From the NCBI GenBank assembly GCA_963704645.1, contig OY969926.1:448001-512000 (forward strand): a stretch of 64,000 nucleotides of DNA, given 5' to 3'. Source of the DNA: an uncultured bacterium (GTDB taxonomy: Bacteria; Patescibacteriota; JACMRA01). The notes under the pieces are model-generated. The model had not been told where the DNA came from. It ran no database searches and saw nothing but the letters and a program-made list of their open reading frames with translations. Position numbers and translations under genes: made by a program. This document shows, in pieces, positions 40,073-50,406 of the stretch; within the stretch, counting starts at the first letter, position 1, and every line of letters begins with the position of its first letter.

Positions 40073-41992
40073 ATGATTGTTTTAACTAATGAAATTAGTA
40101 AAGCCGAATTCCTTAAACAATTATCTAACGAAGTTGGTTACCCAGGAGTTCTAAATATTCAAGCTGATGTTTTACCTAGCTTCCTAGACAACCAAGTTGC
40201 CCTAACAATTTTTTCTTACCAACTTAGTAATTATCCTCGTGAAATTGTTTGGTCATCCAGTAATCCTATAATTTTACAGCTTTTAAGAGATTCTCAGTTA
40301 AATATTTCTGAAAATTATTTAAAGCCACATTTTCCCAGTGAAGAAATTAGTGAAGTTGTACCTACAAATTCCAACTTGGAATTACCTTCAGACGCAGATT
40401 ATGAGGTAATTGAAAACTGGTCTGATATGGCTATTGATACTAGCTATTTAGCCAAAACCGGATTTTTTCAGAATAATGCTTTGGAAGTAATTCCAAATTT
40501 GAATTTAGAATCTAATTTTTCTTCTAAAATTCCTACTACTTTGGTAAAACCACAGTCTGAACAACACTATGTGAACGGCATGGATAAGGAACTTTCATTT
40601 TCCCCTAGCTCTGGTAATACTTTGAATACAATAAGTTTAGCTGGTTTACTGACTCAAGAAAAATATCAGCCAAGCAGTGTTATTAAATTAAGCCAAGAAG
40701 ATATACTTGAAGAAGAATTACAAGGTGAAAAGGTAAGTTTGCCAGAAGCAGGTAGTTTAGATAGTTGGTTAGAAAAAATTGAAGCTACACGTGAAGCGTT
40801 GAACAGTTTAAGAAAAGAGAAGGAGGCTGTAAACGAAAATTTATTTAATAATCTGCCAAACTTTGCCAGACCTAGAACAAGAAGCAAATGGTTTTACACA
40901 ATTACTGCAAGCTCAATTATATCTTTGTTAATTGTTAGTTTTTTAATTTTCTTCCCAACCCAAGCCTATACTTTGGAAGTTTATCCAGACTATCAAGATG
41001 GGACATTTATTTTGGAATCTAGCAAATCTGACCTTAGCAAAAAAGATATTCTTTTAGAAAGCAAGCAAACAATACCAACTCAAAATAAAGAAAAAACAGA
41101 AACCGAAAGAGCTGTTGGAACAATTAAATTAATTAACGAAGGGGGTAAAGATGTGGTTTTAGACAACGCTAAATTCCAATTAGTAAAAGACGGTTTTAGA
41201 TATTCACCAATTTACAACAGTACTCTACCAACCACTTTTTCTATTACTGCTCAGAACAATAAAACAGACAATGCTCCACAGTTCACTATTCAATCAATTC
41301 CCCAAATTGGAGTAGCTGGTAGTACTTTTAATCAAGCTGTGGGCACTAGGCTAAAAATTATAAATTTGCAGGATCAAAGCCCTTGCAGCAGTTGTTATGC
41401 CGTAGTAACAGCTGATATAACCAATAAAAATGGTGAAGGAAACAAAATTGTAACAGAAGCAGATTACGATAGTTTGAAAAATGTGGTGGAACAAGAGCTG
41501 CAAAAAAGTAGGAATGAGAAAATTCAATCTATACGTGCAGATAAAGTATTTATTGGTAAAAATTGGTACAAAGATGTGCAGAACAGCTATGTATTTAGTG
41601 CTAAAGTAGGGGAAAAAGCCGAAAATATTTCACTTGCAGCTTCTATAAATTCTGAAGTTTATTACACATTAAGAAGTGCAGTTGAAGACAAAATTCGCCA
41701 AGAAAATCCTGAAATTGATAAAATTAAAGATATGGCTTTATTGGGAAGTGAGGGTAGCTTAGATAGTCAAGGGGGAATTAAGTCCAACTTTTATTATACA
41801 TTTAGTAAGAAAGTTAAAGTTGATAGTTCTGAAGTTTCTAATATGCTGGCAGCTAAAGAATTCGATCAAGCAAGAAGTGATATCACTAAAGAATACCCTT
41901 CTGTTAAAAGAATTGAAAAGCAAGATCTTGGCATTAAGCTTCCTGGGCTTACACCTAGAACTGACATTAAAATTATAGAGAAAGATAGTTAA
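40073..41992 (+). CDS. Single-TM protein with a large external domain, possibly baseplate-J-like
   Basis: Central TM, then AVGTIKLIN...VTEADYD pattern. Confidence 0.55.
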   Translation: MIVLTNEISKAEFLKQLSNEVGYPGVLNIQADVLPSFLDNQVALTIFSYQLSNYPREIVWSSSNPIILQLLRDSQLNISENYLKPHFPSEEISEVVPTNSNLELPSDADYEVIENWSDMAIDTSYLAKTGFFQNNALEVIPNLNLESNFSSKIPTTLVKPQSEQHYVNGMDKELSFSPSSGNTLNTISLAGLLTQEKYQPSSVIKLSQEDILEEELQGEKVSLPEAGSLDSWLEKIEATREALNSLRKEKEAVNENLFNNLPNFARPRTRSKWFYTITASSIISLLIVSFLIFFPTQAYTLEVYPDYQDGTFILESSKSDLSKKDILLESKQTIPTQNKEKTETERAVGTIKLINEGGKDVVLDNAKFQLVKDGFRYSPIYNSTLPTTFSITAQNNKTDNAPQFTIQSIPQIGVAGSTFNQAVGTRLKIINLQDQSPCSSCYAVVTADITNKNGEGNKIVTEADYDSLKNVVEQELQKSRNEKIQSIRADKVFIGKNWYKDVQNSYVFSAKVGEKAENISLAASINSEVYYTLRSAVEDKIRQENPEIDKIKDMALLGSEGSLDSQGGIKSNFYYTFSKKVKVDSSEVSNMLAAKEFDQARSDITKEYPSVKRIEKQDLGIKLPGLTPRTDIKIIEKDS

Positions 41993-42106
41993 ACTCGGTC
42001 AATACTTACACCAATACACTCACTTTTTTTCTTAGCAGGAAAATCAAAAAGTTGTCTTTAACTAAAAAGATTTGTAATAAGCTTTAAATCAAAGTATATT
42101 TTACTT

Positions 42107-42781
42107 ATGCAGAAATTAAGAGTTCAGCCTTCGCTACTAGAATATTCCATTGAAAGCTTAAAAAATAAATTGGATAATATTATTCTTAAAGAGTCAAAAT
42201 TTATACAGCTTAGCAATCAAAATACTATTTGTTTGCATTTAGATTTGGTAATGAAATATTTCGCAAGGGAAAGATCAATCTTAGCCAGTTTATCTTTTTC
42301 TTCAGTTTGGGAAATTATTTTTACAAAACTATCTGATAAAAACTTAAATTTAAGTATTCATTTTATGGGCATTGAAGAAGATATTGCTAATATTTACAAT
42401 TTCTTAGAGCAAATTAAAATACCCAAGAGTTGGAATGTAATAATGTATCTTCCAACAAAATATGCAACAAGCTATCAGCCAATTTTAGCTAGAAATAATT
42501 TACAAATTGGAGAATGGTACAATTTAGATCAACTAAAAAACTTTGAATCTAAAGATAGTATAAATGAATATTTACTACTTACCGTTGATGCAGGTAAATC
42601 TGGGCAGAAAAAAACAGCTTGGGCTAATAAAATATCTAGAAATGTTGTAAAAAACAACCCGAATAAAAACTTTTTATTAGACGGTGGCTGGAAAATTGGA
42701 AGTAAAGGTCAGCAAAATAGCCAAATGGTTAGCTATAGCAGTTTCTGGAAGCTTTTCGACGAAAATCAGCAGAGGATATAA
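42107..42781 (+). CDS. rpe: Ribulose-phosphate 3-epimerase-like protein (divergent)
   Basis: PSLL, HLD, IHFM, TVDAGKSGQ and DGG. Confidence 0.75.
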   Translation: MQKLRVQPSLLEYSIESLKNKLDNIILKESKFIQLSNQNTICLHLDLVMKYFARERSILASLSFSSVWEIIFTKLSDKNLNLSIHFMGIEEDIANIYNFLEQIKIPKSWNVIMYLPTKYATSYQPILARNNLQIGEWYNLDQLKNFESKDSINEYLLLTVDAGKSGQKKTAWANKISRNVVKNNPNKNFLLDGGWKIGSKGQQNSQMVSYSSFWKLFDENQQRI

Positions 42782-42788
42782 TAAAAAC

Positions 42789-42989
42789 TTAATCCTGATT
42801 TCCAAGGTCAATTAACTTATTTTCCATTTCAGATAGTTCTTTTTCTATCTCTTTTTTAAGTTTTAAAGCTTCCTCTAATAAAGGCATGCTTTCACTTAAA
42901 CTTATTTTCTTCTCTCTTAATAAAGTTTGTATTTCCTGAAGTCTAAGTAGCTTTTGCTCTAAGTTTAATTTATTTAAGGTACTCATCAA
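42789..42989 (-). CDS. xseB: Exodeoxyribonuclease VII small subunit
   Basis: LEQKLLRLQEI...SLSESMPLLEEALKL. Confidence 0.85.
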   Translation of the reverse strand: MMSTLNKLNLEQKLLRLQEIQTLLREKKISLSESMPLLEEALKLKKEIEKELSEMENKLIDLGNQD

Positions 42990-43716
42990 GCTTAGCTTTA
43001 ACTTGTGTAATGTCTGCTCTACCGCTCCACCAGTCTACAATTTTACCATCTTTAATTAAAACAGTGGTTGGCGTTCCGCCAAGTTCACCTACAGCCTTTT
43101 CTTGTCCGCTAAGTGTACTTTTAGGAAATTGTGATTCATTGAAATCGGCTTGATCAATTTGAACTTCTCTTTCAGCTAATCTACTGCCTCTATCTTTATC
43201 AAACTTCTCTATATCAATATTTAATTCCTTAGCCCAAACAGAAAAATTAGAAGGTGAGAAACCATTAGTTTGTCTGCTAAGTAAAATGTCTCCAAACTCA
43301 AAAGCTTTGTCTTGTCTGGCAGCTGCCTGAATAGCTTTTGCTGCAGATTCAGCGTAAACGTGAGCACTTACAATTGGGTAGTGTTTATATACAAATTGAA
43401 TTTTATCTTTGTACTCAGTTTTTAACTGTGTCATGTTTTCTTGGTTAGCAGCACAAACAGGGCATTGATAATCTACAAAATATACTAATTTTAAACTTGC
43501 ATCTGCTTTACCTAAGGTTGGGTTAAAAGTTCTAACTAAAGGTATGCTAGTTTTGGTGGTTTCCTTTAAATTGTCATTGGTAACTCCAGATAAATTTATA
43601 TTTACAAGGTTAAATATCACTAAGCCAATTCCTAAAACTGACAAAAATTTAAGTATTCCTGGAAGAAAATGCCATAATGTTTGGCCTAAGTTTTCTTCGC
43701 TGTAAGATTTATTCAT
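42970..43716 (-). CDS. DsbA-like thioredoxin-fold oxidoreductase
   Basis: DYQCPVC, YKHYP and GTPT; N-terminal TM. Confidence 0.9.
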   Translation of the reverse strand: MNKSYSEENLGQTLWHFLPGILKFLSVLGIGLVIFNLVNINLSGVTNDNLKETTKTSIPLVRTFNPTLGKADASLKLVYFVDYQCPVCAANQENMTQLKTEYKDKIQFVYKHYPIVSAHVYAESAAKAIQAAARQDKAFEFGDILLSRQTNGFSPSNFSVWAKELNIDIEKFDKDRGSRLAEREVQIDQADFNESQFPKSTLSGQEKAVGELGGTPTTVLIKDGKIVDWWSGRADITQVKAKLDEYLK

Positions 43717-43805
43717 AATAAAGTTTTTGGTACTAATTTTTTAAGCTGTCAAGATTTTAAGTGCCATAGATTGACAATAAAACCTTGTAAAAACAAAGTT
43801 AAACA

Positions 43806-44891
43806 GTGATTAAAACCAGTTTTCAAGAAGATCAAAGTGGTAACAATTTTAAAAAAACTCAAGGCAATGAGGAATTAATTACCGATCAGAAAAGGCCCGT
43901 TAAAACTCAGCCTTGGTGGGAAAATGAAGAAGAAAGTTTAGAACTTCGCCCACAAGCCCTATCTCACTATATAGGGCAGGAAAAACTGCGTCGTCAGTTG
44001 CAGCTTATTTTAGATTCGGCCAAAATCAGAGAAACCTTACCAGAGCATATTTTGTTTTTTGGGCCGCCAGGACTAGGTAAAACCACCCTTTCCAATTTAA
44101 TTTCTAAAGAATTAGAAGTAGGTTTTAAAATGGTTACTGCTCCCAGTCTGCAAAAAATTGGCGATGTAGTTAGCTTATTAGTAAATTTAGAGCCAAATTC
44201 GGTTTTATTTATAGATGAAATTCATAGGTTAAAAGCACCTTTAGAAGAAATTTTGTACATGGCTATGGAAGACAGAAAAGTAGATTTAATGATTGGAAAA
44301 GGGCAGGGTTCTACCGTAACCCAGCTAGATTTACCACCGTTTGTGCTAGTTGGAGCAACAACTCAATTGGGTAAGTTGTCTAAACCTTTGAAAGATAGAT
44401 TCCCTAATATTTTTCAGCTAGAACCATATAATCAGGAAGAAATTTTAGGTATTTTAGAACGTTCGGCTAATATTTTAAAAGTAGATATTCAGCCCGAAGC
44501 CATGTTTTTACTGGCCAAAAGAAGTAGGGGTGTGCCAAGAATTGCTAATCATATTTTAAAAAGATTCAGAGATCTAAAAGTTGTAAAATCGGCCCAAATT
44601 GTTGATATTGGTGTTGCCAAAGTGTTTTTAGAAGAAGTTGGAATTCACGAATTTGGTCTAACTAATTCCGATTTAAAATACCTAGAAAGTTTATTAGATG
44701 GGAGCTTGGCCTTAAAAACTTTGTCAGGCAAATTGGTAGAAGAAATAGAAACCTTAGAAATGGTTACAGAACCATATTTAATATTCCTAGGCTTCTTAGA
44801 TAAAGATTCTGCAGGAAGGAAGCTAACACCCAAAGGCAGAGAGTTTATTACCAGGTTTTTAGCAGGGAAGGAAGTGGGGGCGGGGAATTAA
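43806..44891 (+). CDS. ruvB: Holliday junction branch-migration ATPase
   Basis: LRP, GPPGLGKTT, FIDEIHRL and SRGVPRIA. Confidence 0.97.
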   Translation: MIKTSFQEDQSGNNFKKTQGNEELITDQKRPVKTQPWWENEEESLELRPQALSHYIGQEKLRRQLQLILDSAKIRETLPEHILFFGPPGLGKTTLSNLISKELEVGFKMVTAPSLQKIGDVVSLLVNLEPNSVLFIDEIHRLKAPLEEILYMAMEDRKVDLMIGKGQGSTVTQLDLPPFVLVGATTQLGKLSKPLKDRFPNIFQLEPYNQEEILGILERSANILKVDIQPEAMFLLAKRSRGVPRIANHILKRFRDLKVVKSAQIVDIGVAKVFLEEVGIHEFGLTNSDLKYLESLLDGSLALKTLSGKLVEEIETLEMVTEPYLIFLGFLDKDSAGRKLTPKGREFITRFLAGKEVGAGN

Positions 44892-45078
44892 GAGAATAAT
44901 TTATGTCACTATTTAACAAGTGGAAATAGTTGGAAAAAGATTTTTAGATTTTGGTTTAATGTTGAGTGTTAAAAAAAGTAGTAAGTTTTATTTAGAATAT
45001 TCAGAATCATAGATGTAAATGATACTCGAGGAATTAGAAAATATAATTAACTATAAAAGTGATTACTAAATTAAATTT

Positions 45079-45525
45079 ATGACCAAGCAACAATTAAGAG
45101 TACTTAAACTCCTTTATAAGACAAATATAGAACAACCAGATATTATATCTAAATTAACAATTGTATTTGATAACGAATTTATCGGATCGGTTGCTATTCA
45201 AAATGGTGAAACTGGAAAAAAACTTGAGAGAAATATGATGAAAATTTGTTCAAATAATCAACAAAAATTGTCAGAAACTTTAAATTATCTTAGAAACCAA
45301 AACTATATTACTTTAAAATTAAATGAAGAAAGATTTTCGTTAAATATGTATATGTGGATTGGTGGAATAAGTTTTTCCTCTAAAGCAATAGATCTGGTAA
45401 ACAAAAAAACAGATTTTTTGAATGTTATAACTTTTCTACTAAAGCATTTGTGGGAGTTTTTACTTGCCTTGCTTTCAGGAGGTGTGCTGGTTGCTTTTTT
45501 AAATGATCAAATGAAATTATTCTAA
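45079..45525 (+). CDS. Hypothetical protein with C-terminal TM segment
   Basis: 148-aa ORF. Confidence 0.55.
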   Translation: MTKQQLRVLKLLYKTNIEQPDIISKLTIVFDNEFIGSVAIQNGETGKKLERNMMKICSNNQQKLSETLNYLRNQNYITLKLNEERFSLNMYMWIGGISFSSKAIDLVNKKTDFLNVITFLLKHLWEFLLALLSGGVLVAFLNDQMKLF

Positions 45526-45693
45526 TATTTATTTATTTGGAGGCTTATAAAAAACGATCTGGCAATTAAGGTGGTTTAAGGTGTAAAATTCGCAGTATTT
45601 AATTTTTTTAAAATTAACTTTTAGAAGTAGCTAATTGAATTTCCTCATTGTGCATCTTGACAAAACTAGGCTGGAAAGGCTTTTTTAAAGAAC

Positions 45694-47136
45694 ATGGCCA
45701 GTGCTACTAATCAGAAATTTGAAACAGACATTTTATACATTTTAGACTATCTTATTCCTAAAGATGAATATCAAACTTGGAAAAAACGATTAACTAACCA
45801 ATTGCTTTCCACCGTAGAAGTTCCAGGTTTCAGAAAAGGTAAAGCCCCAGAACATTTAGCTAAGAAATATATTAATGAGCAAGCTTTTGTTCAAACTATC
45901 TTAAGCGAAACTGTAGATAAATATTCCAAGGAGGGTGTAGCCCTAATTCAAGAAAAAATGAAGGAAGATGGAAGAGTTGTTCTACGTTTAGAAATTGACC
46001 CTAATCCAGAATTATTTGGTGAAAAAGATGATGCTTTCCAGTTTAGAATTAATGCTCATTTATTACCAAACATAGATTTATCTTCAATTGAAACATTAAA
46101 GATAGAAATGCCAGCTGCAAACACTCTTGTTGGCAGACCAACTTTTGATGAATTTAAAAAACAAGAAAAGAGCAGGCTTTTCGCTAATTCCAACGTTTAT
46201 ACAGTTTGCGATGAGGAAGCCAAAGATAATTATCAAGTTATGGCTGATTTAGCAGGAAAAGTAGATGGAGTTCCAGATCCTAAACTAGATGCAATTGGAA
46301 CTAAAATTACTTTAGGCATGGGAAACTATTTACCAGATTTTGAGAAGGGTATGAAAGGTGTTAAGGCAGGTGAGAAAAAAGAATTTAAGGTAAAATTCCC
46401 TGCAGATTATTTTGAAACATTGTTAGCAAATAAAACAGCTGAATTTAAAGTAACTATTCATGAAGTTAGTAAGCCACAATTCGATTCTATTTCTCAAATT
46501 ATTGAAGATAATCAAGAATTAAAAACTCAATTTAAAGATGAAGCAGGTTTTGATAACTTTTTAGAAAAGTTTTACGCAGACGACACAGCTAGATTAACCG
46601 AAGAGGCCTGGCAAAAATCTATTGTGAAGAAAGTTGTGCAAATTGTTCCAGACTTCCAACTAGATAATGATGGTGTTGAAGCTGAGACAAACAGAATTTT
46701 TAATGCTTTAGCAGTTGATGCTGAAAAAGAAAAGGTAACTTTAGGTGAAATGCTTATAAAAGCTGGAATTCCAGTGGAAAACGAAAGTAAAGTAAAAAGC
46801 TTAGATTCCATTCAAGTTAAGAAAGAAGTAGAGAAATATGTTAGAAATGAATTTAAATTAAGTAATATTTTAACTGCAGCTAACGAATTAAAAGTTTTAA
46901 ACAAGCCTTCTAACCAAGAAATTGACACCACAGTAAACGATGCAATAAGAAACCCTGATAAGTACAATTTACAAAGCGGACAAAATGAAGATGAAATAAG
47001 AACAACCATAATTGACAGAATTATACGTCAAGCTGGTGCAAAATGGATTTTTGATACCGTTCGCAAAAATTTAAAACAAGATTCAATAATGGAAACTATT
47101 AAAGATATAGCTTCCACGCCTAAAACCAAAAAGTAG
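45694..47136 (+). CDS. tig: Trigger factor
   Basis: VPGFRKGKAP signature and FKBP domain. Confidence 0.95.
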   Translation: MASATNQKFETDILYILDYLIPKDEYQTWKKRLTNQLLSTVEVPGFRKGKAPEHLAKKYINEQAFVQTILSETVDKYSKEGVALIQEKMKEDGRVVLRLEIDPNPELFGEKDDAFQFRINAHLLPNIDLSSIETLKIEMPAANTLVGRPTFDEFKKQEKSRLFANSNVYTVCDEEAKDNYQVMADLAGKVDGVPDPKLDAIGTKITLGMGNYLPDFEKGMKGVKAGEKKEFKVKFPADYFETLLANKTAEFKVTIHEVSKPQFDSISQIIEDNQELKTQFKDEAGFDNFLEKFYADDTARLTEEAWQKSIVKKVVQIVPDFQLDNDGVEAETNRIFNALAVDAEKEKVTLGEMLIKAGIPVENESKVKSLDSIQVKKEVEKYVRNEFKLSNILTAANELKVLNKPSNQEIDTTVNDAIRNPDKYNLQSGQNEDEIRTTIIDRIIRQAGAKWIFDTVRKNLKQDSIMETIKDIASTPKTKK

Positions 47137-47251
47137 AAAGCCCCAACACCTTCACTTAAGTTTTGCCCTGTTACCCACAGGGTTTTATTTATTTTTGCCA
47201 AAACTAAAATGATATTGTATAATTGAATAAATATAAAAACAAAAATAAAAT

Positions 47252-48586
47252 ATGTTTAATTCTCCAAAAAACTTTTTGAAAGTCCCTTTCTATTCTATAG
47301 TGATTTTCACATTAGGTATTCTTTCACTTTTTACTCTAACACCTGAAGTTAACGCTCAATCCCAAGTATCTCTGTATCCTGGGCAAGTAGGGGTTTTCAC
47401 TTTGAAATATATTAACGCTGGAGACAGTGATGCAATAGCAAGCGCAGTAACTACAGTTTCACTTAACGATAAGTTAGAATACGTTCCTGGGTTTTTAACT
47501 GAAACTTTTGGTGGAGGTGCTACCAACTGTATTGCTGACGCTGTAGGAGGAGGAATTATAACTACTAGCGGATCTGCAACTAATATTTCTTATAGACCAA
47601 GGTCTGCAACTACTACAGCCGCCCCTTGTGGTGGTTCTGGAAGTGCTGGCGCGTCTACAATCACTGCAGCTCCTGAAGCTACTCCTGGAGATCAAGCTAC
47701 ATGGCCAGCCGCAAAGACAGGTGTAATTACATTTAGAGCTAGATTGAAAGACAACCAAAACTTAAATGCAGGAGATGTAGTAAATTTCGCAATTATCGGT
47801 GAAACCACTTTAGATGGAGGATCGGGTGGAGCAGCCTCTTTAAGAATAGGAGTTTTAGCAGTGCCAACTACTCCATTAGTTACAGCAGACATTCTTGGTT
47901 TAACCGTTACTTGCGCTTCCGCTCAAATTAATTCAACTACAACTTGTAATTTTACTCTACCTGATGGCAAAACTCTTCCTTCAGATATGACTTTTAGTAT
48001 TGGAAACTCTACAACCCAGGGTAATGCTTGTACAGCTAGTGGTGCAGCAGTTACTTGTACAGGGGTCCCAACCGGGTCTTTACCAGGTCAACAAATTATA
48101 TTCGGTAAAATTGGCTCTGACGCTAAAACAGATACAGGTGAAAAAGTAAACATTTTAACAGTTCCTCTTACTCCATTAGTTACAGTAGACATTCCTGGTT
48201 TAACCGTAACTTGCGCATCCGCTCAAATTAATTCAACTACAACTTGTAACTTTACTTTACCTGATGGGAAAAGCCTTCCTTCAGATATGACTTTTAGTGT
48301 AGGAAATTCTACAACACAAAGTAATCCTTGTACAGCAAATGGTACTGCAGTTACTTGTACTGGTGTGCCAACTGGATCTTTACCAGGTCAACAAATTATA
48401 TTTGGTAAAATTGGCTCTGACGCTAAAACAGATACAGGTGAAAAAGTAAACATTTTAACAGTTCCTGTTGTTCTTCCAAGAACTGGTGGTGAAGGATATA
48501 TATTACTTGGAGTAATAGGTATTTCTGGTCTTATTGCTGGTAGTTTATTTGCAATCTCAAGAAAGAAGAAAGTTAAAGTAAATTAA
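47252..48586 (+). CDS. Surface protein with LPxTG sorting signal
   Basis: Signal peptide; two 100-aa Cys repeats (300-bp period, 47870-48466); LPRTG, TM and RKKK tail. Confidence 0.85.
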   Translation: MFNSPKNFLKVPFYSIVIFTLGILSLFTLTPEVNAQSQVSLYPGQVGVFTLKYINAGDSDAIASAVTTVSLNDKLEYVPGFLTETFGGGATNCIADAVGGGIITTSGSATNISYRPRSATTTAAPCGGSGSAGASTITAAPEATPGDQATWPAAKTGVITFRARLKDNQNLNAGDVVNFAIIGETTLDGGSGGAASLRIGVLAVPTTPLVTADILGLTVTCASAQINSTTTCNFTLPDGKTLPSDMTFSIGNSTTQGNACTASGAAVTCTGVPTGSLPGQQIIFGKIGSDAKTDTGEKVNILTVPLTPLVTVDIPGLTVTCASAQINSTTTCNFTLPDGKSLPSDMTFSVGNSTTQSNPCTANGTAVTCTGVPTGSLPGQQIIFGKIGSDAKTDTGEKVNILTVPVVLPRTGGEGYILLGVIGISGLIAGSLFAISRKKKVKVN

Positions 48587-48605
48587 ACTAAGCTCATTGA
48601 ATAAC

Positions 48606-49322
48606 TTAGTTGGTAGCAACAAAAGTTTGCTTATATTCTTCAATTTGCTGTTTTAAATTATCGTTTAAATTGCTGTAAGTGTATTTTGGTAATTCAAAAG
48701 TATTAATTTTGTTAATTGGCCAATATTTAATATTTTCTTGTCCAAAAATTGAATAGACTGGAAAAGCTCCCACTTTCCTTGAATCAGTACTATTTGTACG
48801 GTTATCCCCCAATAAGAAATATGTATCAGGTAAAATTTTGGTTTTAGGATAATAAAATTTAGTTAAGTCTTCACTAATTTTAATTTCAGGTGCTATGTAA
48901 TCTTCTGAGATAGAAACACCGTTTGGAAATTCTTGATTGTAAATTATAATTTTGCTTCCAACCATTTCAATTTCCTCTCCAGGTAATCCTATAACTCTTT
49001 TTAGAAAAAATACGGTTTTAGGGTCAAACCTGGTAAAATAGTTTGCAGTTTTGGCAATATCTTTGTCCTCATATACAGCTACTACTTGGCCTCTTTTAAA
49101 GTTTTTATCAATTTGGTTTATTAACAACATGTCTTTATCGTAATAATTAGGTTGCATGCTTGCACCTTGTACACTAACTTGTTGGTAAACAAAAACTCTA
49201 AGTATTAGCAAAACTATAACAATTAACCACATAACGCTCCAAAAGCCATCAGATATTTTAATTATTTTAGTACCTATGGAGGTTTTATTTTGATTGTTAC
49301 TATTGTTATCCATATTGTTCAT
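48606..49322 (-). CDS. lepB: Signal peptidase I
   Basis: GASMQP, KRVIGLPG and GDNRTNSTDSR. Confidence 0.95.
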   Translation of the reverse strand: MNNMDNNSNNQNKTSIGTKIIKISDGFWSVMWLIVIVLLILRVFVYQQVSVQGASMQPNYYDKDMLLINQIDKNFKRGQVVAVYEDKDIAKTANYFTRFDPKTVFFLKRVIGLPGEEIEMVGSKIIIYNQEFPNGVSISEDYIAPEIKISEDLTKFYYPKTKILPDTYFLLGDNRTNSTDSRKVGAFPVYSIFGQENIKYWPINKINTFELPKYTYSNLNDNLKQQIEEYKQTFVATN

Positions 49323-49420
49323 ACTAATGAAAATATTTTTCACAGTATCTTTTGTCAATTTACTAAGCTTTACAAAAATAATTATAAGTTAGAATAATAT
49401 ATATTATGTTTAAATGGTTT

Positions 49421-49511
49421 GGAAAAGTGCCAGAGTGGTTGAACGGGACGTTCTCGAAAAACGTTGTACCTTTAAAAAGTACCGAGGGTTCGAATCCCTC
49501 CTTTTCCGCCA
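49421..49511 (+). tRNA. tRNA-Ser(CGA)
   Basis: Long variable arm; anticodon loop CTCGAAA; encoded CCA. Confidence 0.96.
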
Positions 49512-49549
49512 ACAACAAAAATAAAAAATTTAATGATAATCTTATTTTG

Positions 49550-50401
49550 ATGTTATCATTCTTTGATAAAAATCGCCATTGGTGGGTTTCAATTGTAGTT
49601 ACCATTTTCACAGTATTTTTCTTTCTAACAATTAATTCTCCACAACTATTTTTGCAATTTGAGTTTTTTAATCAAAGATGGCTTGGTTTAACAATTTTGT
49701 CAGTGTCACTGGTTTTTATATGGTTTACTAGTAGAACTAAGTTTTGGAGTACTTGGCGTTCTTTTTCAATTTGGTTTCAAGCTTCTTCTTTGCTTGTTTT
49801 TAGTTTTATATATTATATTAGACTTAATCAAAGCCAGGTGGGTATTGCTGGTTTGAATTTAAATACAAATATAGTATTTATACCTTTAACTGTACTAGTT
49901 TTTATTGTGGTTTACCAGTTATATAACCAGCCAAATTTATCTAGAGTCGTTTTATTATCTACAGTTGGCCTTTATTTTCTACAAACATTTTCAATTATAT
50001 CTTTTGTGATGTTTGATAGAACTAGTTTAAGATTTTTCAATCAAGATTGGATAAGTAAATTTTTTGAAATTAATCCTTTATTTTTAATTTTAATTGTTAG
50101 TACAATTATAGGTTTGGTTTCTACAATTAATTTAAATCTTAAAAAGAATCAGTCTAGAATTTTGGCATGCATTATTTTCAGCAGTATTATTTTCTCTACA
50201 ACTTTAGTTATTCAAGGACTTCCTTTTACTTATTGGTATAAAGTTTTGTTGTCATTGGTTTTATGGGATTTTCTATTCAGACCAATGCACCAAGTTTTTG
50301 AAGGTTTAACAGACCCTAAGTTTTCCGACAAATTATTTGTTTCTTCTGTATACCATGGTCTTTTAAGTATAGTAATAATAATTACAGCATTAATTGCATA
50401 G
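49550..50401 (+). CDS. Polytopic membrane protein
   Basis: About 9 TM segments; start placed after the tRNA. Confidence 0.7.
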   Translation: MLSFFDKNRHWWVSIVVTIFTVFFFLTINSPQLFLQFEFFNQRWLGLTILSVSLVFIWFTSRTKFWSTWRSFSIWFQASSLLVFSFIYYIRLNQSQVGIAGLNLNTNIVFIPLTVLVFIVVYQLYNQPNLSRVVLLSTVGLYFLQTFSIISFVMFDRTSLRFFNQDWISKFFEINPLFLILIVSTIIGLVSTINLNLKKNQSRILACIIFSSIIFSTTLVIQGLPFTYWYKVLLSLVLWDFLFRPMHQVFEGLTDPKFSDKLFVSSVYHGLLSIVIIITALIA

Positions 50402-50406
50402 TTAAA

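Noticed and set aside
40073-41992. Prophage or contractile tail locus
   Set aside because: One weak baseplate-like resemblance in a TM protein among housekeeping genes; no other phage genes
49363-49611. ORFs or ORF extensions across tRNAs, also at 4360-4566 and 52478-52618
   Set aside because: They overlap clear tRNA genes; real starts lie outside the tRNAs where a gene exists
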